From a virus (lineage: Duplodnaviria > Caudoviricetes), in the IMG/VR virus record IMGVR_UViG_3300028804_000001, positions 32,001 through 96,000 of that record: a DNA stretch of 64,000 bases. One strand, given 5' to 3'. Below are positions 40,306 through 50,625 of the stretch, piece by piece. The stretch's first letter is position 1, and every line of letters begins with the position of its first letter. The notes under the pieces were generated by a model. It did no database searches and was not told the origin of the DNA. It was given only the letters and a program-made list of their open reading frames with translations. Both the position numbers and the translations under genes were made by a program.

Positions 40306-40683
40306 CTAGGCAGCTATGAGTTCCACTTCTCCTGGTTCTAGTATTAGAGGCATGCGGTGATGAAACATACTAACCGGCATAATTGACGGTCGTGTTACAA
40401 GCACTACATGACTTGCATTCCTATCAACAAGAGCAGCTACAGTAATAGGTTTACGTTCTCTTAGGAAGAACTTATGTCCACCTTCGTAGAACATATCTAT
40501 CTCTACTGTAGCATCGATCCAATCTTTCCAATAACCGAAAAGATTTTCCTGACGGGCATTATATACTAGATTAGAACCTAGCTTAATGCCCCATTCAGTG
40601 GAAGCAGGACGATTTGCTATTTTTATATCTAAGAAATCTCCTGGTTTAAACAGTTTGTTTCTTGAGCTTACTCGTCCACACAT
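40306..40683 (-). CDS. minimal SRAP (YedK/HMCES-like) protein
   Basis: MCGR N-terminus, NARQE, FYE, HHRMPLIL; GGAGG before the ATG at 40683. Confidence 0.85.
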   Translation of the reverse strand: MCGRVSSRNKLFKPGDFLDIKIANRPASTEWGIKLGSNLVYNARQENLFGYWKDWIDATVEIDMFYEGGHKFFLRERKPITVAALVDRNASHVVLVTRPSIMPVSMFHHRMPLILEPGEVELIAA

Positions 40684-40710
40684 AGTAAACCTCCACAAAC
40701 TGAAAAAAGA

Positions 40711-42444
40711 TCAGTCCCACCAGATACGGATATAACTCTTACCTTCTACATCCTCGATACTAATTTCATCGGGACTACCAAGGACATTCCATGGGAATGG
40801 AGAATGCCTAAAACTTCTGGAGTTAACACACATATCAAAATAAGTATGTTCTTTAATACTAATTTTATAATTAGGATTTACTTCAAGATATACTGCGAAA
40901 TCGTCAAACTCTTCATTGGATGCATACCATCCAATAATAACAGATTTGATCCATGAAAAACTCTTTAGGTAGTTTTCAATCTGGATTACTTCAACAGCAG
41001 CCATTAATGGAGTGATTTGAATATTCTCATACTGACCTTTATCATTCTTTCTACGGTCAGTTCCAAGATCTTTTCCAAACCATTTCATGAATTCGGGGAG
41101 TCTTTTAAGGGCTTGATTATTTAACTCATCAGCTTCTCGAATTTTCTTTAAATGTTCTTGTTCTTGTTCTGATTTCTTTATCTTATCAAGTTGTTGCTGC
41201 GCTTTCTCTAATTGTTTCTGCGCTTTCAACTTCTGAGCTGATGTTGCCATTAGACTTTCTCCTTTCTTTTTCAGTAAGATGCCATAAAATAGCTTTCCGG
41301 CGTGATTTTCCAGTGAGGTTAATTATAGCCTCAACTTCAGCTTGGTTTATTCTGACTGGCTTTGGTTCTTTCTTCTTCTTTGGTTTTGCCATCTGGTATT
41401 CCCATATAAACATGTTCTACTTCAGGATTTTTAAATTCCTGGTCTTCTACCAAAGTGTCAGAAGTAACCTCCACATCAGCTTCCTGATGCAGAGGTTTAT
41501 CTGTTTCCGGGATCATCTTGTTTATCCTTCTAATTTACTGACGTTGTATCCATGATCATAGTCTGTGTAGAGATTACTTTAACTACATCAGTTAACAACT
41601 GATCTGTGTAATTAATTACCCAGATATTTGATAACGCAAGTGCAAGTGAATCTGCATACTCAATACTATATTCTTCTACTGGATTAATTTCAGTAATAAT
41701 GTGTGCATAAACTGTTTGAGTTACAACCATCCTGATCATTCCGAGCAGCATAGGATCCATATCCTCTACTACAGAATGAAGGAATTCTTCGGAAAGAGTA
41801 TTCTTACCAAACATGGTAAGCAACTTCTCTCTTGTTGAACAAACCGGGCATTGCAAAACTGCTTGATTTGAAAGAGATTCGTTCATGCTTTTTGCATATG
41901 CGCCGCAAATGATTTGGACTGTTTCTTTACAGGATTTATCGAATATCTTCTTTCTCTGATCTGCAGAGAGATTATCAAATATATCCTGAGCTTTAAGTAC
42001 AAAGTTTGTATTAAACATAACAAACCTCCACACCCTGAAAAAAAAAAAGAATTAGAACGGGATTTCATTTTCTTCTAATCCAGTTTTATCTTCTATATAT
42101 GACTCATGTTCTTCTGTTAAGAACATCTTTAATGCAACTATTGGATTATAACCACTTTCATTTTCTAAAATGGATCCAATCCATTTCATTTCATGTTTCT
42201 CTTTAGTCCATACTATGTTCCTGGAATCTAATTCATGATGACTTCCATCAATTAATAATATCTTATCATCTTTAAGAGCCTGACTTAGAATTCTAGCAAT
42301 TCTATCAGAAACATATATTTCAGGATGACTTGTTCCAGCCATGGTCACTATAACCATTTCCGGAACACCATCAGGATGAGAACGATCGTCTATTGGCCGG
42401 GGGGTATTTCCTTTTAACTTTTCTTTATGACTTATCTTTTTCAT
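40711..42444 (-). CDS. four hypothetical genes (40711-41250, 41186-~41390, 41530-42018, 42052-42444)
   Basis: ORFs with plausible starts; no motif recognised. Confidence 0.55.
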
Positions 42445-42892
42445 AATTAAATTTTACTCTGGTATTTAGTTCTTCAGTAATAACCAAATCACCGATGTGT
42501 ACAAACCAATCCATAGCATTTCCACCAGTGCTGGATAAGGCTTCTATCCAGAAATTTGGTGTTCCTTTATGTTTAGCCCATTCTACCCAGGGATAAACAT
42601 CTAACTTTTCTGTAGGAAAGATAAATTGAACTTCGGTCTTATTAACTATAGAACCATCTTTCCATTTTTGTTCTGGATCTGGATCTGAAGTAAACCACAC
42701 TACGTTAGGTTCAACTATATGATATGGATTAAGGCAGGAATCTGTAGCTAGAAGGATTCCTTTTTCGTTTATGCTATTTAAATGAAATAATGAAGTGAAA
42801 TGATAAAGATACTCTGGCTTTCTATAATTAAGAGTCTGCTCAATCGTCTTCGGGATAATCAGGTTCGTCATCACCATAATTCTCCATTGCAT
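42425..42892 (-). CDS. possible ADP-ribosyltransferase-fold protein
   Basis: LYHFTS..HL..I...GI and VWFTSDP resemble ART-fold strands 1 and 2. Confidence 0.45.
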   Translation of the reverse strand: MQWRIMVMTNLIIPKTIEQTLNYRKPEYLYHFTSLFHLNSINEKGILLATDSCLNPYHIVEPNVVWFTSDPDPEQKWKDGSIVNKTEVQFIFPTEKLDVYPWVEWAKHKGTPNFWIEALSSTGGNAMDWFVHIGDLVITEELNTRVKFNYEKDKS

Positions 42893-43124
42893 CTTCTTCT
42901 ATTTTAGTAATAGTCTTATCATCTAACTGATCTGTGATATCTTTACCAGCTTCATCAGTAATTGAATCTATTTCAATATGTGCCGGCTCATCTGGTTCAA
43001 TAGGAGGTCCCCATCTTCCATCACGAGCTCCTCTATAATAAGGATAGAAAGTATAATCTACGGTTACTTCCTGTTCTGCTTCTCCAACTTCTACAGTTGT
43101 TTTAAAGCTTCCAGTCTTTGCCAT
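42840..43124 (-). CDS. acidic hypothetical phage protein
   Basis: GARD...PIEPDEP motif; GAGG RBS. Confidence 0.6.
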   Translation of the reverse strand: MAKTGSFKTTVEVGEAEQEVTVDYTFYPYYRGARDGRWGPPIEPDEPAHIEIDSITDEAGKDITDQLDDKTITKIEEDAMENYGDDEPDYPEDD

Positions 43125-43155
43125 ATTATACCTCTAATTAATAATTATAGTAATG

Positions 43156-43237
43156 TGTTCCGGGCGAGACTTGAACTCGCACAGCTTGCGCCGAGGGATT
43201 TTAAGTCCCTTGTGTCTACCGATTCCACCACCGGAAC
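43156..43237 (-). tRNA. tRNA-Leu(TAA)
   Basis: GTTCCGG/CCGGAAC acceptor, AGGGA-CTTAAAA-TCCCT anticodon arm, long variable arm, GAGTTCAAGTCTC T-arm. Confidence 0.93.
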
Positions 43238-43243
43238 TTAATG

Positions 43244-43317
43244 TGTCTCGAGAAGGATTCGAACCTTCGACCCTTTGCTTAGAAGGCAAATGCTCTATCC
43301 AACTGAGCTATCGAGAC
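43244..43317 (-). tRNA. tRNA-Arg(TCT)
   Basis: GTCTCGA/TCGAGAC acceptor, TTTGC-CTTCTAA-GCAAA anticodon arm, GGTTCGAATCC T-arm. Confidence 0.93.
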
Positions 43318-43325
43318 AATGACTA

Positions 43326-43706
43326 CTATTCTAAAATGATATTAACTTTCTCAGATACCTGAGAAATAATATCTCTTCTTAACTTCTTAAGAGTCTTTTC
43401 ATCATATGAGATATATTGTGATGTTCTATTAAAGCTACTGAGTAAACTTTCAATAGCTCTATCTAATGATAATCCACGGCCTTTTGGCCGGTAGTTCATA
43501 TCATCTGGACTACATTCTGAAGTCCCAAGCCAGATTAAATCTTGTTCATTCATATTCTGAATGGAACATACAATAGTTGAGATGGTAAGCTCTTTGATAA
43601 GAGTATGCTTTCTACCGTGTCTTTTAAGAATAACGGTTTTAATTTCTTCGATCTTTGTATCATATCTCCACCATACTCTATACTGTTTATTTTCAATTGT
43701 GAACAT
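43326..43706 (-). CDS. hypothetical phage protein
   Basis: CSPDD...GR..SL.RA motif; GGAG RBS. Confidence 0.6.
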   Translation of the reverse strand: MFTIENKQYRVWWRYDTKIEEIKTVILKRHGRKHTLIKELTISTIVCSIQNMNEQDLIWLGTSECSPDDMNYRPKGRGLSLDRAIESLLSSFNRTSQYISYDEKTLKKLRRDIISQVSEKVNIILE

Positions 43707-43951
43707 GTTGAACTCCGGTTATTATTTATGTATTATGAAGATCCCCAGCTCAGGAGCAAGGTGGCCGCGTTACCACTTATACAATACTCCCGAACCAGTT
43801 GCAACTTAACGGCTGCCAATCGTAAGGTTTCCTGGATAATCAGCTAAAGGACTCACAAATCCAATAGCCCTGATACCTTCAAACGGATCTTAACTAACTT
43901 AGCTTGTCGCCAGTTAAGAGGATATCTACGTTACTATACGTAGATAACATG

Positions 43952-44030
43952 TGCCTCAGTAAGGAGTTGAACCTTACAGTGAGTGGCTTGCAATTCCACT
44001 CTGCCACTTTACCCTTTCAGTCATGAGGCC
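43952..44030 (-). tRNA. atypical tRNA-like element (Cys GCA or Ala TGC), possibly a pseudo-tRNA
   Basis: GCCTCA/TGAGGC acceptor, GTAAGG-TTCAACT-CCTTAC T-arm, GAGTGG-AATTGCAAG-CCACTC arm with a 9-nt loop. Confidence 0.5.
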
Positions 44031-44045
44031 AATGAAAACATTTTG

Positions 44046-44514
44046 CTCCCCCGCCTGGGCTCGAACCAGGGACCTAGTGAGAGATTATTTTCTTCTTAAA
44101 GTTAAACTTACCGATACATACTCTAGAACAGAAATTGTAAGGCCTTTTGAGTTTAAATGGTCTAACTCTAAATTCCTTTTTACAATATGCGCATTTTGCA
44201 TTTGCAGTAGAAATCTCTTTGTGTTCCTTATTATGCAAATCTATTTGCTTTAACTCTAAGTTATCAATTCTATTATCGGTTTTGTCATGGTTCTTATGAT
44301 GTATAACTTCCAAATTCTTTTTCGGAAGTTTTCTACCATTTTGCCACCATACTAGATGGTGTTGATAGCAATAACGCTCTCTATATTTCTTACCAGGATA
44401 ATCAGTTGGAGCTACTACTAGTATATAAGGCCCATTCTTCATGAATCTTATATTAACAGAGTTGCACTAGCAAGTCAACAACAATATATGCTCTACCGAC
44501 TGAGCTACAGGGGA
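44046..44514 (-). tRNA. Asn-like tRNA split by an HNH gene (5' half 44489-44514, 3' half 44046-44080)
   Basis: 5' TCCCCTGTAGCTCAGTCGGTAGAGC and 3' TCACTAGGTCCCTGGTTCGAGCCCAGGCGGGGGAG form matching acceptor stems. Confidence 0.75.
44074..44442 (-). mobile_element. HNH homing endonuclease inserted in a tRNA
   Basis: YQHHLVW...IHHKNHDKTDNRIDNLEL (HNH_3 type) plus C-terminal CAYC...FCSRVC. Confidence 0.85.
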
Positions 44515-44528
44515 TTATAGAGTTGATA

Positions 44529-45394
44529 TTATACTGCTACAGGTTTACTGTCTAGTTTAATAATATCGTAGATTCTATCAAAAGCTTTACTCCATACATT
44601 GGGCATATTTTTAAACCGGGTAATAACTTCCCGTTCTATTTCAAATGACCAATGATCTCCTTTAGCTTTATAGTTATCTGGGTCTTTTTTACTTCTTTTA
44701 ATTATTCTACATTTGGTATTTGTTAATACCCAATAGCCAGCGTGCCGCTTTTTATTGTAGAATTCATATCTAACTAGAGATTTAGGATATTCTTTCTCGA
44801 TAAATTTCTTAATATCGGAAAACCATCCTTTGATTAGAATCTTTCCTTCTGGATAATACACGAAAGCTAATGCATATGGAGATGTTAATCTACCGTATTC
44901 ATCATACTCTTTCTTGTAATTAAGATTCTTAATTATCATCTGTTTCATTTTTTACCTCTTGGGTTATGGCATTAAACATTTAAAGTTGCCACGATTTTTT
45001 ACGGCTCATTAAACTTTTATAGGTGAACCGATTTGCGCTATTTCGTGCTCTTCCATTTGTTAATTGCTTCTGCTGCCTTTACATAATCTATCTCCTTTGA
45101 TGTCTTCAAATCTAGTTTTCTTAGTAAATCAAAGAACTTACGACACTTCTTTGATAAGTGAGAATTACAAAAGTAATAATAGTCACCTATCATAATAGAA
45201 TATACCAAATCATAATTTCTGATTTGTAATCCATCTTTCCTCGTTATTACAAAGCGAAGTACAGATTCCATTGTAGTAACAACGAAATAACCATTTTCAT
45301 CTTTTACCCAGTTATCAGGAGTAAAAGATTTAATTAGCTCTTTGTTAAACTCCTCTACCTGAAGAGTAGCCTGTTCTATTAATTTATTATCCAT
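44529..45394 (-). CDS. two hypothetical genes (44529-44948; 45038-~45394)
   Basis: ORFs; the second start is trimmed to MDNKL to avoid the tRNA and hairpin. Confidence 0.55.
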
Positions 45395-45466
45395 AACAAT
45401 AATATGATGGATGTCCCCCCTCATCTTTTGGGAGAATCGGGGGGGACCCATGCTGCTTGGTAGCTT

Positions 45467-45540
45467 TGGGCCCACCTGGACTTGAACCAGGGACCAAGAG
45501 ATTATGAGTCTCCTGCTCTAACCAACTGAGCTATAGGCCC
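45467..45540 (-). tRNA. tRNA with CAT anticodon, probably Ile2 (lysidine) type
   Basis: GGGCCTATAGCTCAGTTGGTTAGAGCAGGAGACTCATAATCTCTTGGTCCCTGGTTCAAGTCCAGGTGGGCCCA; lacks the initiator C1:A72 mismatch and the three G-C anticodon pairs. Confidence 0.88.
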
Positions 45541-45587
45541 TTTCAATCACTGAAAAAGGTAAGTCTTAACCCATCAATCTAATTTTT

Positions 45588-45944
45588 CTATGTAAAAGTG
45601 ATATGACCTAATCTTTCTAGTTCTTCTACAGCGTCTTTTGCGTCCTTAAGACCGACTCCTATAACAGCTCTAAAACTTTTGATTTGGTCTATCTTACCAC
45701 CTGAAAAAGAAACTTTCTCAAAGTCTTCTTTTGAATATTGTGCAAGTATAGGATTATCTGCAAAAGGGTACTCGGCTCCTGAAGGATTTTGATTGAGTAT
45801 CATTTTAGCTAAAGCGACCGCTTCTTTATTATCTGGGTGTAATAATAGAACAAGTTCGGCAGCTCCATTAAGCCGGGTTAATTTATGCTCCAGATCATCC
45901 ATTGACTCTTTAACAACTGTTTTCAATTTATCCTTGAGACTCAT
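45588..45944 (-). CDS. protein with a ribosomal L7/L12 C-terminal-like domain
   Basis: KIDQIKSFRAVIGVGLKDAKDAVE. Confidence 0.7.
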   Translation of the reverse strand: MSLKDKLKTVVKESMDDLEHKLTRLNGAAELVLLLHPDNKEAVALAKMILNQNPSGAEYPFADNPILAQYSKEDFEKVSFSGGKIDQIKSFRAVIGVGLKDAKDAVEELERLGHITFT

Positions 45945-48356
45945 TGAATTCCTCTTTTACTTTATTGCGGTTATGAATTGTATCAAAACAAGTTTTGCAA
46001 ACTGGTCCTCGCATTTCATCCTTAGGAAACTTCTTGTTGCATTTTACACATGAGCCTCTTGGAATATACACAGTTTTCTTCTTCTTTCTAAAGATTCGAC
46101 TAATATGTTCTTTGTTATAGCCTTTACTAGTCATCTTGTTCCTCTACAACATTACTGGGAAACTTTAAAATGCTAAATGGTTTTATCTGATCAAAATCCA
46201 TTTGTAGTCTTAAGGATGCATATATCAAATGCTGCTGGTCCCATTTATAAGGATCCCATTGTGCAATTCCAGTAAGTAAATCTATTAGAAATGTTAATCT
46301 TTTATTTCCAATAGTGTCGTATATAGCTTTAAAGAAGCTGTTATTAATTACTGTATTTATGTCCTGTATATCAGTTATATCTATAGATAGACCAATAACT
46401 GGATTTAAGAATTGGGTGTCTTGAACTAGTACTGAGAAGGGAACAAGTTTAATTACGCTTGATACACCGCTTTCTGGAAGGATTTCAAGAAGCTTTTCTT
46501 TTAAACTCATTGGATCTTATATCTCCTATTGCAGGAAGTGCGGGTTCAGTATGATAACGATAAGCTCTAATAAGTTTATTTAGAACTCTATTTGATTGTT
46601 CTATATATTTCCTGTCATTGGGAGAATACTCAGATATGTCATATACTAGATTCTGAGTCCAATGCTCTTTTATATTTTTAATCTGCTTCTGTAAATAGAG
46701 AACATAGAGCCTTCTTCTTCTAGATCTTCTGATCCCTTCGTCAAGATATGATTTATTAGTTCTTGGCATTCTTGTGCACTCTCATTTGATATTGTTACCG
46801 GAACTACTTCTAATAAGCCACTATTAGTTTTTAAAGTAACTGTTCCTTTTATTACAGGTATCTTGCTTAACTGACTGTTAAGCTTACCATCTTGCAGTCT
46901 GTTTTTAATACTCATAACAGTCTTCTAACTCTATCTACTTTTTCTAGTAATACCAGAAATAGAATAACAAACACAATTGTTAATAGATAGAATAGAAATA
47001 GAATAAAGATTCCGATTGTTATTATGGTATCCTGAAATATCTGCATTTAATCTTCTGTAATATCTCGAACGTTAATTCCTCGAGGGAATCCCTTTTTAAT
47101 TGTAGCTAACTTCACTCTTCCTCTTTTCCGGAAAGTAATGTCTCTTCTGGATTCCATAAGAGCCATACCGGATCCAGTTTCAGAGAAGCCTTTAGCTTTC
47201 ATATTAGATCTGATAAGTTGATCTATAATAGGGTGATGTCCTGTGTATGAACATTCAATTTCCATTTTGCTGCTCCTTTTTTATATTCCTTTTAATCTCT
47301 TCAATTCGTGTTTCCGCTTGAAGCATTATAGATAAGCGGGTCTGGACCTGTGCAATCTTTGGATCTTCTGAGTAACCAGGCTTTCCATCTGAAAGCTTAT
47401 TAAGAATAAGATACATATCTTCAGTTGTGAGTAGATTCGGTGCCATCTTCTTCCTCTCTTACTGGAGATATATAAGTATCACAGTCCTTACAGATTACTG
47501 CCATGCGAGCATGTGCTGCATCTGTACCCCACAGTGCTACATGAGTATCTTGATGTTTACACTCAGATCTTAAGAAATCAAGTTGACCCTGACATTCTTC
47601 AATCTTACGATATACTGCGTTAACTCTCTGACGGATGCTCATTTTTCTCTCCGGAATATGGGACTTCTCTTAATGTTAGTTTATTATCTAATAACCATTT
47701 ATCCAGTTCTGGATCGCTTACCCAGGTATTATCGAATTCTGGATCGTGCACATCAATTACTTTTTGAGTAGATATTTCTACTCGTTCAAATCTAATACCT
47801 AGAATAGCAGCTAGTGTAATTGGTATTGGACCACTAAATACACCTGCGTTATTTATTGTTACATACCAGTCTCTGCTACAGTGATAACACCATATATGAG
47901 ATTCATATTCCGACCATGTTATTTTATGATTATGTTCTAATGGGCATGCCATTCCATAACTAGATGGTTTCATTATCCAATGATGGGTTCTTAAAACTTT
48001 AGGAGCCTCTAATAATAACTTAAGATTGTCAGGAATCTTAAATTCTAGTGGAAGCTGATTATCCATTAGCGTTTGTCCATATGTTTAACACATACAGTTC
48101 CATCAGGAATGTATGGATAATAATGACTCAGTGTTGCTGCATATGTGTTGCATTTCCAGCAGCGGATAATAGTAGATTTATCTTTTACTTTAGATTTCTT
48201 TACCCGCTTCCAGGAATCTGTTCCTACTCTAACGAAACAGGTATCCTCATCAGTTCCATAATCAGCGGCTAAATGAATCCCACCGCCAATAAATCCAGAG
48301 TTTCCTTTTAAAGTTCCGCGGAACTTCTTTTCTTTCTTAACTCTTTTAATTGGCAT
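45928..48356 (-). CDS. run of nine small hypothetical genes
   Basis: Overlapping ORFs 45928-46134, 46127-46510, 46485-46769, 46670-46915, 47047-47265, 47255-47446, 47421-47642, 47620-48066, 48066-48356; several carry CxxC. Confidence 0.55.
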
Positions 48357-48499
48357 GTGGGATCTCCTAGAAATAAACCGTTTTCTCTACTTCAATCATA
48401 GAGACTTTATTCCCCTTAGGGAAGTATCATGTTGGTTAATGATACGGTATAGCTATTAAGCACGGTTAACACTTAATTTGCCAGCTGGCTAGCCATGAA

Positions 48500-48536
48500 C
48501 TGAAAAATAAGAGAGAATATTATTCTCTCTTATTAT
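48500..48536 (-). terminator. terminator hairpin ending in TTTTTCAG
   Basis: AATAAGAGAGAAT...ATTCTCTCTTATT-TTTCAG. Confidence 0.65.
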
Positions 48537-48541
48537 CAGAT

Positions 48542-49189
48542 TTATTCACAAAGCTGCACTGAACCGGAATTTGATACTGTTTGTGCACTGCTGCCGGCAG
48601 GAGTATATGCTGTAAGCACATTACTTCCATTTGCAGTAGAGAACAACCAGGTTCCAGCATCAGTAACTGTTACCGATAAAGGTTTTCCAGTAATAGTGGT
48701 ATCATATGAGCCATAGGCTACAGATGCTCCATTACTAACAGTTTGAAAGTTACTATTAGAATCATAGTTACTAAACGTAACTCCATCAGATCTACTAGTA
48801 GCTCTATTTTGTGAATCATATGTTGTTGTAAGGTTCTGGGCTCCGATGACCATTTTGGACCATCCGAATGGAATATATGTTGCGGTGATATTCAACCACG
48901 CACCCCATATAGATCTCTTAAGAATAGCCACGCTTGGATATGTAATCGTTCTTGTAGTTCCTGCATTAGGAACACAAGTTAGAGTCATTCCAGAAGCGGA
49001 ACATGTCCATGTAGTCCCATTAGCTACCCAAACTGCAGGATGTGTAACACAATTGCGTTGGGAAGCCTGAACTCCAGCTCCAGCCAGTGCAAGAATAGCC
49101 GCGGTAGATGTATCATCTCCGCTTTCTTTCTTACCACAGCTGAAGACTGAAATTGCTATCAGTGCCAAGATCATAAACTTTTTATTCAT
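48542..49189 (-). CDS. spirochaete-style lipoprotein, Thr/Ser-rich beta-strand repeats
   Basis: MNKKF + hydrophobic core + VFSC lipobox + KKESGDD..AAILALA; repeated TYDS-like units. Confidence 0.75.
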   Translation of the reverse strand: MNKKFMILALIAISVFSCGKKESGDDTSTAAILALAGAGVQASQRNCVTHPAVWVANGTTWTCSASGMTLTCVPNAGTTRTITYPSVAILKRSIWGAWLNITATYIPFGWSKMVIGAQNLTTTYDSQNRATSRSDGVTFSNYDSNSNFQTVSNGASVAYGSYDTTITGKPLSVTVTDAGTWLFSTANGSNVLTAYTPAGSSAQTVSNSGSVQLCE

Positions 49190-49228
49190 ATTGAGAGACC
49201 TCCCTCTCGAAGACTGAAAAAAGGACCG

Positions 49229-49890
49229 TTACACTAATACTGGTTCGCCTCGCTCAAACATATCTGTGAGGCATACAATTCTATGAACTGGATGTTCTTT
49301 ATTCTCTTCTCTACGTTCCATTTTGATTCCATCCTCATGGATCCATTCGGTCTTAACGTAGTCCTTACTTTGTGTATCATTTGAGGTAGCCTGTACAATA
49401 TATGTATATTGTTGATTTTCCATCTCAGTGATAACAAATGTTAAACTGTCAGTAGGACAGTGAGCAATAGCGCATCTTTCATAGTGCCTGTGTAAATCTG
49501 GATATTTTAAATGCCGGCCTGTTTTAATATCAAAATCAGTTAATAATCTAACTATCTCCTGCATCTTTCCATTATCAGATTTAAGCAGCTTTACAGTTTT
49601 ACTCATTCTTTAAACTCCTCGCGGATAACAGTTCCCATTTGTATGTGTTTTATGTAATTAACTGTAGATAAGCCTGAATCAAACATAACTACCATTGATT
49701 CATCTTTAGCATTATCTACGTAATCTATGGTAAATATGGACCCGGCTCTAAATGATTGCCGGCCATTACCGCATGATTGCACTACATGTTCATATGAATC
49801 ATCAATATGTACACATTGATCATTCCATTTACGGCAATTAATTATAAATATAATATTTATAATTAAAAGTATTGTTAATAATGACTTCAT
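49229..49890 (-). CDS. two hypothetical genes (49229-49606; lipoprotein 49603-49890)
   Basis: ORFs; the second has a signal peptide ending IINC. Confidence 0.55.
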
Positions 49891-49899
49891 AGGGTACCC

Positions 49900-50328
49900 C
49901 TCATAAAATGCTTCAAAAGCATGGTTTCTAGTAAGTTTACGAAGACTGAGAACAGGTTTTGTTATTAATAATTAAAGTTTTTATTTTAATTAATTAATTA
50001 TAAATTAAAGAATGTTAACAACGACTATAAGCCAGTATAAGTCAGTATAAAGCCAGTATAAAGGCAGTATAAGATGACTAGTATTATTAACATTGTTTTA
50101 TAATGTTTTATAAAACTTTATAGGATTTAATAGAACATGTGTATGTCCATAAAACCCTTTAAAACCATGGTTTCTCGAGGTTTTATGATATGGAATCTTA
50201 TTATTAACAATAACCCCTATAAACATTTATAAACATTTATAAAACATAAAACGGTTATTGTATATTGATTGTATACCAATAGTTAAACAATAGTCATCTT
50301 ATACAACCTTGTAAATGTTAATAATAGA
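49900..50328. repeat. AT-rich intergenic region with direct and inverted repeats, candidate replication origin
   Basis: CAGTATAA x4 (50033, 50043, 50054, 50065); ATAAACATTT tandem (~50219-50245); 14-bp inverted repeat 50067-50080/50291-50304; CATGGTTTCT x2. Confidence 0.55.
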
Positions 50329-50625
50329 TTAGTAAAATACTAAGTTGCCTTTACGGACTACTAATATTCTTTCATAGCCATCTCTGCCACGGATTTCTAC
50401 TCTAGCTCCTTCTTGAATAGGTATTAAGAAGCTGATTTTATCATTTTTAATAGTATAATCTCTATCCTCAAACAATAACATTCCTTGAAGATATACCATA
50501 AAGGGACTGTTATTAGGTTTCTCTGTAACAACAGTAGTTGCTAAATCAGCTCCGATAGTTTCATATAAAGAATTAATCCGCTGGTTCTTATTCTTTATCT
50601 TTTGAAGCCGGTTTTTGATACTCAT
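50329..50625 (-). CDS. small protein with a virion-type beta domain
   Basis: VYLQGMLL..DRDYTI...ISF...GARVEI pattern seen in tail-associated repeats. Confidence 0.5.
   Translation of the reverse strand: MSIKNRLQKIKNKNQRINSLYETIGADLATTVVTEKPNNSPFMVYLQGMLLFEDRDYTIKNDKISFLIPIQEGARVEIRGRDGYERILVVRKGNLVFY

Noticed and set aside
43153-43362. Plus-strand 69-aa ORF
   Set aside because: Antisense reading of tRNA-Leu and tRNA-Arg
44081-44488. Group I or group II intron in the tRNA
   Set aside because: No recognisable core elements and too little non-coding sequence
45701-45708. Additional TTTTTCAG copy (also a plus-strand copy near 41267)
   Set aside because: Intragenic with no RBS; treated as chance and not counted
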